Assembly (NCBI GenBank): GCA_028700115.1
Contig: JAQVTI010000009.1
Span: 1 to 32,000 of the forward strand
Length of the DNA stretch: 32,000 nt
From: Candidatus Iainarchaeum sp.
Lineage (GTDB): Archaea > Iainarchaeota > Iainarchaeia > Iainarchaeales > CSSED10-239
Reading direction: 5' to 3'
Of this stretch, positions 1-8,074 are shown piece after piece. The notes beneath the pieces are model-generated. The model did no database searches. It was not told where the DNA came from and was given only the letters and a program-made list of their open reading frames with translations. How positions within the stretch are numbered: the first letter of the stretch is position 1; each line of letters opens with the position of its first letter. A program made the translations under genes and the position numbers.

Positions 1-2
1 TA

Positions 3-287
3 CTTTTTAAGAAAAAATGGATTTCAAGAGAAAATTCATTTTTTTATTATAATGAATTAGATAAATTAAATTTTAAATATTTATATTTAAAAAAATATAA
101 TTATAAAAGGAAATATTCAATAAAAGAAATTGATAATATTTTAAAGTCTACTAATATTGTCAAAAATTATTCTTTAAAAGATTATAATTTAATTTTATCA
201 AATTTAGGTTCGACTTTTTTTATAACTCAGGATCCTTATATATTAATTTCAAGTAAATGTGTTAATTTTATTGAAAAAATTATTTGA
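3..287 (+). CDS. C-terminal fragment of an unknown AT-rich protein running in from outside the window
   Basis: Frame 3 is open from the window edge to TGA at 285-287 (...LKDYNLILSNLGSTFFITQDPYILISSKCVNFIEKII*). No recognisable domain. Confidence 0.45.
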   Translation, partial: LFKKKWISRENSFFYYNELDKLNFKYLYLKKYNYKRKYSIKEIDNILKSTNIVKNYSLKDYNLILSNLGSTFFITQDPYILISSKCVNFIEKII

Positions 288-326
288 TATCATCCGTTTT
301 TAAAGGTATTTAGGTATAATTTATAT

Positions 327-560
327 ATGGCTAGACCTAAAAAACTTGAGAAAAACAAGAAGATTTTTGTTCCAATAACCTTGGATAAAAATATATATTT
401 TTACTTAAAAAAACAAGATATTAAGATATCCACCTACATTAACCAAATGCTCAAAGTCGCTTTAAATAAAGAATCTAGAGAAAATGACAATTTTTATGAC
501 CCTAACCTTTCAACCTTGGTAAGGTTGAGGTCGCGGGTTCGACTCCCGCCAGAAGCTTAA
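327..560 (+). CDS. Small ribbon-helix-helix-like protein; C-terminus encoded by a tRNA-Thr 3' fragment
   Basis: 77-aa ORF, basic N-terminus then 'ITLDKNIYFYLKKQDIKISTYINQMLKVAL', resembling an RHH fold. The last ~16 codons overlap tRNA-derived sequence. Confidence 0.45.
   Translation: MARPKKLEKNKKIFVPITLDKNIYFYLKKQDIKISTYINQMLKVALNKESRENDNFYDPNLSTLVRLRSRVRLPPEA
511..557 (+). other. tRNA-Thr(GGU) 3'-half fragment, att-like site
   Basis: CAACC-TTGGTAA-GGTTG forms a 5-bp anticodon stem with a 7-nt loop and anticodon GGT. It is followed by AGGTC, T-arm GCGGG-TTCGACT-CCCGC, acceptor CAGAAGC and discriminator T. No D-arm or 5' acceptor GCTTCTG lies upstream. Confidence 0.8.
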
Positions 561-570
561 TTTTTAAATT

Positions 571-650
571 AAAGTTAGGGTAACATCATTAAATTATTTT
601 GTTACTCCAAAAGTTAGGGTAACATTTTATAAACTGTTTGTTACCCTAAA
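571..650 (+). repeat. Short direct and inverted repeats in the intergenic region upstream of the Fic gene
   Basis: AAAGTTAGGGTAACAT at 571-586 and 610-625. Related inverted motifs GTTACTCCAAA (601-611) and GTTACCCTAAA (640-650). Confidence 0.7.
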
Positions 651-655
651 TATAT

Positions 656-1597
656 ATGCCATTAATTAAAAAAAAAGTTAAAAATAAAGAATATTATTAT
701 TTTAGCTTAAGTTTCCGTGTTTTAAACAAAACAAAAAATTTTCGTAAATATATTGGAGCAAATAAACCAAATCCCACAGAACTAAATACTATTGAAGATA
801 ATTTTTGTGATGAAATCATAAAAAAATATTTGCATGATAAATTTGAATCAAAATATTTAACAAAAAAACAATTAATTCAAATTATTTTATTTAACGAAAC
901 ATATTTTAAAAAGTATAATTCTTTATCTCCTACAAAAAGAAGTAAATATGATGTTGATAAAACAGTATTATTTACTTTAACAACATTAACCACAGAAGAA
1001 GTAGATGTTGATATTAAAGATGTGTTAGGTGCTGTAAATAAAAAAGAAAAAGATTTAAACTTAAGAGAACAAATATGTAAAAATATGCTATCTGCTTTAG
1101 AATATATAAAAAACAAAGAAAATCTTAATTTGAATTATATTAGACAAATTCATAAAATTACAATGGCTGATTTTGAAACAAAAAAACCTGGTTTTTTCAG
1201 AGATAAGCAAGTTTATATATATTTGAAACATACAAAAGATATATTAAATGCTGAAATTAAATATAGACCTCCGGAATATGACTTGATTGTAAAAAAGTTA
1301 AAAAAAATAATAGATTGGTATAATAATACAGAAATTAATCCTTTAGAAAAAGCAGTAATTATTCACTTTGAAGTATATAAAATACATCCATTCTTAGATG
1401 GTAACAAAAGAGTGTGTAGGTTATTATTTAATAAAGCATTATTGGATAATGGTTTTCCGTTAATTAATATTTCTGATAAAAAAAATCAATATTTTGATGC
1501 ATTAGTTAATTCTGTAGAAAAAGATGATCCAACTTACCTTGTAAAATTTACACATGAAAAATATCTTAAAGAAATTTTAGATTTTTTAAAATCATAA
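656..1597 (+). CDS. Fic/DOC family protein (probable AMPylase or related)
   Basis: Fic motif 'IHPFLDGNKRVCRLLFN' preceded by 'IRQIHKITM' and 'PLEKAVIIHFEVYKIHPF'. 313 aa. Confidence 0.88.
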   Translation: MPLIKKKVKNKEYYYFSLSFRVLNKTKNFRKYIGANKPNPTELNTIEDNFCDEIIKKYLHDKFESKYLTKKQLIQIILFNETYFKKYNSLSPTKRSKYDVDKTVLFTLTTLTTEEVDVDIKDVLGAVNKKEKDLNLREQICKNMLSALEYIKNKENLNLNYIRQIHKITMADFETKKPGFFRDKQVYIYLKHTKDILNAEIKYRPPEYDLIVKKLKKIIDWYNNTEINPLEKAVIIHFEVYKIHPFLDGNKRVCRLLFNKALLDNGFPLINISDKKNQYFDALVNSVEKDDPTYLVKFTHEKYLKEILDFLKS

Positions 1598-1610
1598 TAT
1601 TATTAATGAG

Positions 1611-1708
1611 AACTTTTCACTTTTGGTTGAGCTGGTTTCGGTCAGCTCGTACCCAATAGCTCGGTTGACGCGCAATGGTTTTGATAATTTAAATTCCTGC
1701 CAGAAGTT
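1611..1708 (+). other. Degenerate tRNA-like remnant / second att-like copy
   Basis: Ends with AATTTAAATTCCTGCCAGAAGTT, similar to the 3' end of the tRNA-Thr fragment. Upstream AACTTTT can pair with AGAAGTT, and GAGCTG-N8-CAGCTC (1629-1648) forms a hairpin. Confidence 0.5.
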
Positions 1709-1779
1709 TTGTGCACAAAAAAAAGTAATTTGTGCATTTGAAAGACACATTTAAAAACTTATTCTTTCATATATATAAT

Positions 1780-3042
1780 ATGGAAAAACAATATTTAGAA
1801 CAGATAGTCTTAGATCAAAAAGAAAGGTTATCTAAATTAAAACAAGGATACCTAAGAGATAAACTTTATAATATAGCTGATATAATTAACCACAAAATAA
1901 ATATAGTTGTAACTGGTCATAGAAGAAGTGGTAAATCAACATTTTTATTACAATGGATGAATAAATATTATAATTCTAATTTCTACTATTTAGATTTTTC
2001 AGATGAACGATTAGTTGATTTTAAAACTACTGATTTTCAATTATTATATGAGATATTTTTAGAACATTTTGGAGAAAAGGATATTTTTTATTTTGATGAA
2101 TTGCAAGGAAAAAAATATGATTGGAATAAATTTGTAAATAGATTATATTCAGAAGGTAAAAGATTTTTTATTACAGGATCTAATGCAGATTTATTAAGTA
2201 AAGAAATATCTACTTATTTAACTGGTAGACATTTTGATATAATGTTATTTCCTTTTTCTTTTAAAGAATATTTGGGGTATAATAATTTTAATAAAAATTA
2301 TAAATCAACTACTGGTAAAGTAGAAGTAATAAAATATTTTAATAATTATATTAAACAAGGTGGTTTTCCAGAAGTTATAGTTTATAAAAATATAGATATA
2401 TTGGATAATATTTATCAAGATGTAATAAATAATGATATTTTAACAAGATATAATATAAAAGAAGAAGTTGAATTTAAAAAAATGAGTTTGTTTTTAATAT
2501 CTAATTTTTCAAGAGAGTTTTCATATACTTCTTTAAAAAATAATTTTAATTTAGGTAGCACTCATACAGCTAAAAAATATGTTTCTTATTTAATAAACTC
2601 ATATTTATTATTTGAATTACCAAAATATGATTATTCTTTAAAAAAACAAGAAACTTATGCTAAAAAAATATACGCAATAGATACTGGACTTATAAATAAG
2701 ATTGCTTTTGGTTTTTCTGAAAATATAGGTAGACTGTATGAAAATTTAGTATTTATTGAACTAAAAAGAAGAAATAAAAACATTTATTTTTGGAAAGATA
2801 AACTTGATCATGAAGTTGATTTTATGACTGTAGAAAAAAATAAAGTAATTTCTTTAATTCAAGTAACTTATGATCTAAGTAATTTAAAGACTAAAGAAAG
2901 AGAAATAAAAGGTTTGCTTTCTGGGTTAGATGAATTTAAATTAAAATCAGGAATAATTATAACTAAAGATTTAGAAAAAGAAGAAAAAATAGATGGAAAA
3001 ATAATAAAATATATACCTTTATGGAAATGGTTGTTAGAATAA
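1780..3042 (+). CDS. AAA-family ATPase (DUF4143-type ATP-binding protein), paralogue of 17885-19144
   Basis: Walker A 'GHRRSGKSTFL', 'FYFDELQGK' Walker B, 'FFITGSNADLLSKEISTYLTGR', C-terminal 'NKNIYFWKDKLDHEVDFM'. The likely start is the internal ATG at 1780 after TTTCATATATATAAT, matching the paralogue start; the ORF opens at 1732. Confidence 0.9.
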   Translation: MEKQYLEQIVLDQKERLSKLKQGYLRDKLYNIADIINHKINIVVTGHRRSGKSTFLLQWMNKYYNSNFYYLDFSDERLVDFKTTDFQLLYEIFLEHFGEKDIFYFDELQGKKYDWNKFVNRLYSEGKRFFITGSNADLLSKEISTYLTGRHFDIMLFPFSFKEYLGYNNFNKNYKSTTGKVEVIKYFNNYIKQGGFPEVIVYKNIDILDNIYQDVINNDILTRYNIKEEVEFKKMSLFLISNFSREFSYTSLKNNFNLGSTHTAKKYVSYLINSYLLFELPKYDYSLKKQETYAKKIYAIDTGLINKIAFGFSENIGRLYENLVFIELKRRNKNIYFWKDKLDHEVDFMTVEKNKVISLIQVTYDLSNLKTKEREIKGLLSGLDEFKLKSGIIITKDLEKEEKIDGKIIKYIPLWKWLLE

Positions 3043-3044
3043 TT

Positions 3045-3767
3045 ATGGACTATAATAAAGTATATAAAAATTATATAAAAAAATCAAATGATTTTACTTA
3101 TATATTTGATAAAACATATTTAAAAGAATTTGAAAATTTAAAAAATAAAAATATTTTAGATATTGGTTGTGGAGAAGGTAGATTTGCTTTTACTTGTTCT
3201 AAAAAAGGTGTTAAAATAGATGCTATAGATGTTAGTTCTAAATTAATAGATTTTGCAAAAGAATATAATTATTCAAAAAATATTAATTATTATACTTTAG
3301 ATTTTGGAAATGTTGATATAAATTAATTTAAATCTAAAAAATATGATTTTATTGTAATAAATATGGTTTTATTAAATATTTTTTCTGAAAAAAAGGTAAA
3401 TAATATTTTTGAAAAATGTTATAAATTACTTAATAAGAATGGAATATTTGCATTTTCTGATTTAAATCCTATCTGTAAGGCTTGTAATGAAAGTTATCCT
3501 CATAGAGTAAATATTTTTCCTAAAACTTTTAGTTATTATAAAAAAGGATCTAAATATAGTGCTATATTAAAGTTTAATTTTAAAAAAATAGAGTTTAAAA
3601 ATAAACATTGGAGATTATAAGATTATACTAATTTTTTAGTAAAAAATAATATGTATATTTATAAAATAATTGAACCAATCTATTCTAATACAAATAAAAT
3701 TAATAGTTATTTAAAAAATATAAAATTTCCTGAATTTATAATTTTTTTTTCTAAAAAGTTAAAATAA
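3045..3767 (+). pseudogene. Class I SAM-dependent methyltransferase interrupted by two in-frame TAA codons
   Basis: Motif I 'NILDIGCGEGRFAFTCSKKGVKIDAIDVS'. The same frame continues through TAA 3324-3326 ('...DIN*FKSKKYDFIVINMVLLNIFSEKKVNNIFEKCYKLLNKNGIFAFSD') and TAA 3618-3620 ('HWRL*DYTNFLVKNNMYIYKIIEP...FPEFIIFFSKKLK*'). Confidence 0.82.
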
Positions 3768-3788
3768 AAAAGAGCGCTTTTAACTTTT

Positions 3789-3811
3789 GGTTCAATTCCC
3801 GCCAGAAGCTT
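3789..3811 (+). other. Third copy of tRNA-Thr 3' terminus (att-like)
   Basis: GGTTCAATTCCCGCCAGAAGCTT versus GGTTCGACTCCCGCCAGAAGCTT at 536-558. Confidence 0.75.
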
Positions 3812-4016
3812 TTAATTTAGGTTTTTACTTTTTGTTGGCATATTATAAAGTGCCAGATCACATTATATTTGTATGTTTATAAACTACCAATTTATAAATA
3901 TTTTTTTTCATATATATAATATGAAAAAAGATTTAAATATTAAAATTTAATTTATAACAAGTTTTAAATATCCTTTTTACTTATTATTTTTAATATAATA
4001 TTTAAAATAGACAAAT

Positions 4017-4511
4017 ATGTTTCCAAATTTGAAAAATAAACATCTAAATGATTCTTTTTTTACTGCAAAAGATATAATTAAATATCTTAAAAAAAATAAA
4101 GTTTATCCTAAGTTTGAAATTCCAAAAGCTGTTATTTTTTGTTATGATAGATCTTTCTTTAATGATTTATTAAAAAAAGAAAAGCTTACTAAGACTAATT
4201 TTTATAATTTATATTTAATTAATAATACAAATAATAAGATAGGTATAATAGGTGGATTTGGAATAGGTGCTCCAAGTGTTGTTAGACTATTTGAAGAATT
4301 AATTGCTTTGGGTATTAAGAAATTTGTAAGTTTTGGAACATCTGGAACTCTTCAAAAAGATATTAATGTTGGAGATTTAGTTATTTGTAATAGAGCTATT
4401 AGAGATGAAGGGGTTTCTCATCATTATATTAAATCTTCAAAATATGCTTTTTCTTCTGATAAACTTTTAAAAAAAGCAAAAAATATATTTGATAAAAAAG
4501 CAAAAAAATAG
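4017..4511 (+). pseudogene. Truncated nucleoside (uridine) phosphorylase-like protein
   Basis: PNP_UDP_1-like 'GIIGGFGIGAPSVVRLFEELIALGIKKFVSFGTSGTLQKDINVGDLVICNRAIRDEGVSHHY'. Stops at 164 aa, without the C-terminal half expected for the family. Confidence 0.7.
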
Positions 4512-4746
4512 AGTATGATTTTGATATCTTTTTTAACAAATTATTAAAAAATAACTAAAATTTAAGGATATATTGTATGAAAATAAGGTTTTTTATATTT
4601 TCCAATAGTTATATTAACTTTTGTTGTTTTTCGGTTTATTTTTTTTTTTTGATAATTTTAAGGTTTTTGAATAGATTTTAACGCTTTTGTTGTAATTTAG
4701 TAAGGTTTATAAACTTATTTAAAATAATATATATTGGAGTAGTTTA

Positions 4747-4878
4747 ATGGAAAAAATTAATCAACAAGTTAGTCAACAAATTAATATAGATAAATTATTT
4801 GTAATTAAAAAATTACCCATAACATCAAAAGAAAAAAATGGGATCTTTGAAGCATGGGTTGAATCCAGTGATTTGTAG
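4747..4878 (+). CDS. Possible precursor/leader peptide of cluster A (43 aa)
   Basis: ATG after TTGGAG; MEKINQQVSQQINIDKLFVIKKLPITSKEKNGIFEAWVESSDL*. Immediately upstream of the RRE-like gene. Confidence 0.5.
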   Translation: MEKINQQVSQQINIDKLFVIKKLPITSKEKNGIFEAWVESSDL

Positions 4879-4884
4879 ATTTAA

Positions 4885-5136
4885 ATGAAAAAAATTATTT
4901 TTAATAATAGAGAATATTGGTATAGGCAAGAAAAAGAAGATGTTTATATCTTATTTGAAAAAACTAACTATTTTTATCTTGTAAATATGATTATTATTGA
5001 TGTAATAGAGTATTTAGCTAATAATAAAAGTTTATTAGAGATTACAGAAATTATTAATAAAAAATATCATATTAATATAACTGTAGATTTTTTAGTCACA
5101 AAATTAAAAAATATTGAGGGTATTATTAATGAGTAA
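4885..5136 (+). CDS. PqqD-like / RiPP recognition element-like small protein
   Basis: 83 aa: 'FEKTNYFYLVNMIIIDVIEYLANNKSLLEITEIINKKYHINITVDFLVTKLKNIEG', with PqqD-like spacing. Directly upstream of and overlapping a radical SAM gene. Confidence 0.72.
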   Translation: MKKIIFNNREYWYRQEKEDVYILFEKTNYFYLVNMIIIDVIEYLANNKSLLEITEIINKKYHINITVDFLVTKLKNIEGIINE

Positions 5137-6118
5137 CTATTTTAGAACCCCTTTATTTCCTAGTATTGATCTTAGTACAAAATGTAATCTTAGTTGTATT
5201 CATTGTAGAAATAACAAAAATAAAATAAGTAAAATTCCTTTTAAAAAAGTTATAGAACTATTAGATGAATTTGAATCTTTGGAAGTATTTCATTTAGCTT
5301 TTGCTGGTGGAGAACCATTTTTATTTCCTAAAATTTATGATGTATTAGAATATAGTCAAAAATTAAATGTGCCCAAGGTGACTATCGTAACTAATTGTAC
5401 ATTTATAAATAAAGATAGAATTGATAAATTAGATAATAATAAAATTAGGTTTGCTGTTAGTTTAGATGGACCAAAAGAAATACACAACTTTATTAGAAAT
5501 GCAGATGTATTTGATAAAGTAATAGATAATATTAAATATTTAGTTTCAAAAGGTTTTTTTGTTATGCTAAATTGTACTTTAATGAAATATAATTATAAAT
5601 ATTTCGATGAGATTATCAAAATTGCTAAAAATTTAAAAGTTAATCAAATTAATTTTTCAAAAGTATTTCCTGTACATTCTGAGATTATTAAATTTATGCT
5701 TTCAAAAGAAGAATTAGATGAGTTATATGAAAACTATAGAAAATATTCTGGTGAAGATAGTTTAGTTATATTCTTAGATAAAGGGTATATGGGTTTTCCT
5801 GATGCATATGATTCTGATATTGCATTTTCTATGGGTTGTAGAGCGGGTATTTCTCAAATAAATGTAATGTCGGATGGTTCTGTTGTAGGTTGTAAATTAT
5901 TACCGGATGTTTGTGCTGGAAATATTTATAAAAATACAATTAAAGAAATATGGGATGATAATAATAATTGGAAGTTATTCCGAAATGTTATACAAAATAT
6001 TAATAGTGATACTTGTAAAAAATGTGATTATTTTTATGCTTGTAAAGGTGGATGTAGAGCATTTGCTTATTATATGACTGGAGATATAAATGGTAAGGAT
6101 CCTTTATGTCCACTATAA
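5114..6118 (+). CDS. Radical SAM/SPASM domain protein
   Basis: CxxxCxxC motif 'STKCNLSCIHCRNN', 'FAGGEPFLF'. SPASM-like Cys set 'CRAGISQINVMSDGSVVGCKLLPD...GNIYKNTIKEIWDD...CKKCDYFYACKGGCRAFAY...GKDPLCPL'. Confidence 0.92.
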   Translation: MRVLLMSNYFRTPLFPSIDLSTKCNLSCIHCRNNKNKISKIPFKKVIELLDEFESLEVFHLAFAGGEPFLFPKIYDVLEYSQKLNVPKVTIVTNCTFINKDRIDKLDNNKIRFAVSLDGPKEIHNFIRNADVFDKVIDNIKYLVSKGFFVMLNCTLMKYNYKYFDEIIKIAKNLKVNQINFSKVFPVHSEIIKFMLSKEELDELYENYRKYSGEDSLVIFLDKGYMGFPDAYDSDIAFSMGCRAGISQINVMSDGSVVGCKLLPDVCAGNIYKNTIKEIWDDNNNWKLFRNVIQNINSDTCKKCDYFYACKGGCRAFAYYMTGDINGKDPLCPL

Positions 6119-7747
6119 ATGATTACTATGAAAACTATTAGTGAGATAATTATAGAATTTATTAAATTTTTAAAAATTGATACTATATTTGGAATTCCTG
6201 GTTCTAATCTAGATTTTTTAAAGTATTTGTCAGAAGATAAAGTAATAAAATTTATTGTAAATAAAGATGAAAAAAATTCGCCTTATATGGCTATGGGGTA
6301 TACTAAATCATCTAATAAAATTAGTTGTTGTTTTGGTAGTGTAGGTGCAGGAGTTTTTAATTTAATTCCTGGCACAATATCTGCTTATTATGAATCTGTT
6401 CCTTTATTAATAATCGGTGGGCAGACTAATTTAAAAAATAAAGGTAAAAATACTTTTCAAGAGGCCTCTGGATGTGCTAGAAGTGTAAGTCAGTTAAATG
6501 AATTTAAAAAAATAACTTTGTACAATTGTATTTTAAATGAAAAAAAATTGTTCCAACAATTAGAAAAAGTATTTTTTAGTTTAAATGATTTTAGATCTGG
6601 TCCGGTATATATTGAATTTCCATCAGAACTTATGAATTTAAAAATTAATTTTAATAAAAAAATATTTTGTAATATGAAAATTAATTTTAATAGATATAGA
6701 TTAGATAAAATTAAATTATATGATGAATCAAAAAAAGTTAATCAATTAATTATTGATTTAAATAAATCTAAAAAACCAGTTATATTAATTGGTAATGGTG
6801 TTAAAGATTCAAAAGAAATTATTAAATTATCATCTAAATTTAGAATTCCTATTTTTTCTACATTTAAAGGAAAAGATAGGGTTACAAATAATTTTAAGTA
6901 TTATATGGGTTGTTTAGGATTAATTGGTAGTTCTATTGGTAATAATTATTTTAAAGAAAGTGATTTGTTAATATCTATTGGATCTAGTTTAAGTCAGTTT
7001 ACTACGGATAATTGGAAATTAATTGATAATAAAAATATTTATAGAATAGACACTATTAATGATGATATAACCAAACATAAGGGGATTGTAATTAAATCAG
7101 ATTATTCTGATGTTTTTAAAAAACTTTTAAGTTCTGATTACAAAGGAAATAATAATATTGTTGAATTAAAACAAAGTATTGATAATGAATTAAATAAATT
7201 TAATAGCCCTAAAATAAATTTAATAAGAAAATTAAGGACTAGTTTATCAAAAGACTCTATAATAGTTACTGAAGATATTTTTTTAATTGGTAAGTATTTT
7301 AAATTTTATAAAAATGATATTAATTTAAATTTTACAAATATTGCTCCTATTGGGTGTGCCTTATCTGGAGGCATAGGGGCTCAAATAGCAAATTCTAAAA
7401 AAAAAGTTATTGTAATTTTGGGGGATGGAGGATTTAACATGAATATTTCTGAATTAAATACAATTATGAATTATAAAATCCCTTTAAAAATTATATTAAT
7501 TAATAATAATGGTTATGGTATAGTGTATAAATCACAAATACATAAATTTAAAAATAATTTTTATACTCAATTTAAAAATCCAGATTATTTTAAATTAAGT
7601 CAATCATACAATTTTACTGCATATAATATAAATAATGTTTTTAAATTATCATTAAAAAAACTTAAAAAAATAATTAATTCAAATAAAACGGAATTAATAA
7701 ATGTAAAAGTAGATATTGACGAAAAAATAGGAATTAAAATATATTAA
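6119..7747 (+). CDS. Thiamine-diphosphate-dependent enzyme (acetolactate synthase/decarboxylase-like)
   Basis: 'DTIFGIPGSNLDFLKYL', 'NKDEKNSPYMAMGYTKSSN', and ThDP/Mg motif 'GDGGFNMNISELNTIMNYKIPLKIILINNNGYG'. Alternative ATG at 6128. Confidence 0.9.
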   Translation: MITMKTISEIIIEFIKFLKIDTIFGIPGSNLDFLKYLSEDKVIKFIVNKDEKNSPYMAMGYTKSSNKISCCFGSVGAGVFNLIPGTISAYYESVPLLIIGGQTNLKNKGKNTFQEASGCARSVSQLNEFKKITLYNCILNEKKLFQQLEKVFFSLNDFRSGPVYIEFPSELMNLKINFNKKIFCNMKINFNRYRLDKIKLYDESKKVNQLIIDLNKSKKPVILIGNGVKDSKEIIKLSSKFRIPIFSTFKGKDRVTNNFKYYMGCLGLIGSSIGNNYFKESDLLISIGSSLSQFTTDNWKLIDNKNIYRIDTINDDITKHKGIVIKSDYSDVFKKLLSSDYKGNNNIVELKQSIDNELNKFNSPKINLIRKLRTSLSKDSIIVTEDIFLIGKYFKFYKNDINLNFTNIAPIGCALSGGIGAQIANSKKKVIVILGDGGFNMNISELNTIMNYKIPLKIILINNNGYGIVYKSQIHKFKNNFYTQFKNPDYFKLSQSYNFTAYNINNVFKLSLKKLKKIINSNKTELINVKVDIDEKIGIKIY

Positions 7748-7759
7748 ATAAGTGATTTT

Positions 7760-8074
7760 ATGAAATATGGTATTGAGTATATAGTTAAAAAAGATTTCTT
7801 AGGTACTATTAAAATTATAAAGAATAGATCTGATTTTAATAAAGTTAATGAAAATGATATTATTTTATTATTAAACACAAGTCCTGATGTTATTTTGTTA
7901 TTTAATAAAATTAAAGGTGTTATTATTGAAATAGGAGGCCAAACATCACATTTAACAATTATTGCAAGAGAGAGTAATATGCCTCTAATTAGATTAAATA
8001 ACGCTAAAGAAATAATTACAGATGGCGATTTTGTAAAAGTAGTTGAGGGTAATATTTATGTTAATGAAAATTGA
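7760..8074 (+). CDS. Standalone PEP-utilising enzyme mobile (phosphohistidine swivelling) domain
   Basis: 104 aa with 'NTSPDVILLFNKIKGVIIEIGGQTSHLTIIARESNMPLIRLNNAKEIITDGDFVKVVEG', the signature of the PEP-utilizers mobile domain around the phosphorylated His. Confidence 0.85.
   Translation: MKYGIEYIVKKDFLGTIKIIKNRSDFNKVNENDIILLLNTSPDVILLFNKIKGVIIEIGGQTSHLTIIARESNMPLIRLNNAKEIITDGDFVKVVEGNIYVNEN

Noticed and set aside
877-1116. Minus-strand ORF of 79 aa
   Set aside because: Shadow of the Fic gene.
3324-3620. TAA reassigned to a sense codon, based on the two internal TAAs in the methyltransferase
   Set aside because: Neighbouring intact genes (e.g. 1780-3042, 5114-6118, 6119-7747) end at TAA, so decay of one gene is the simpler explanation.
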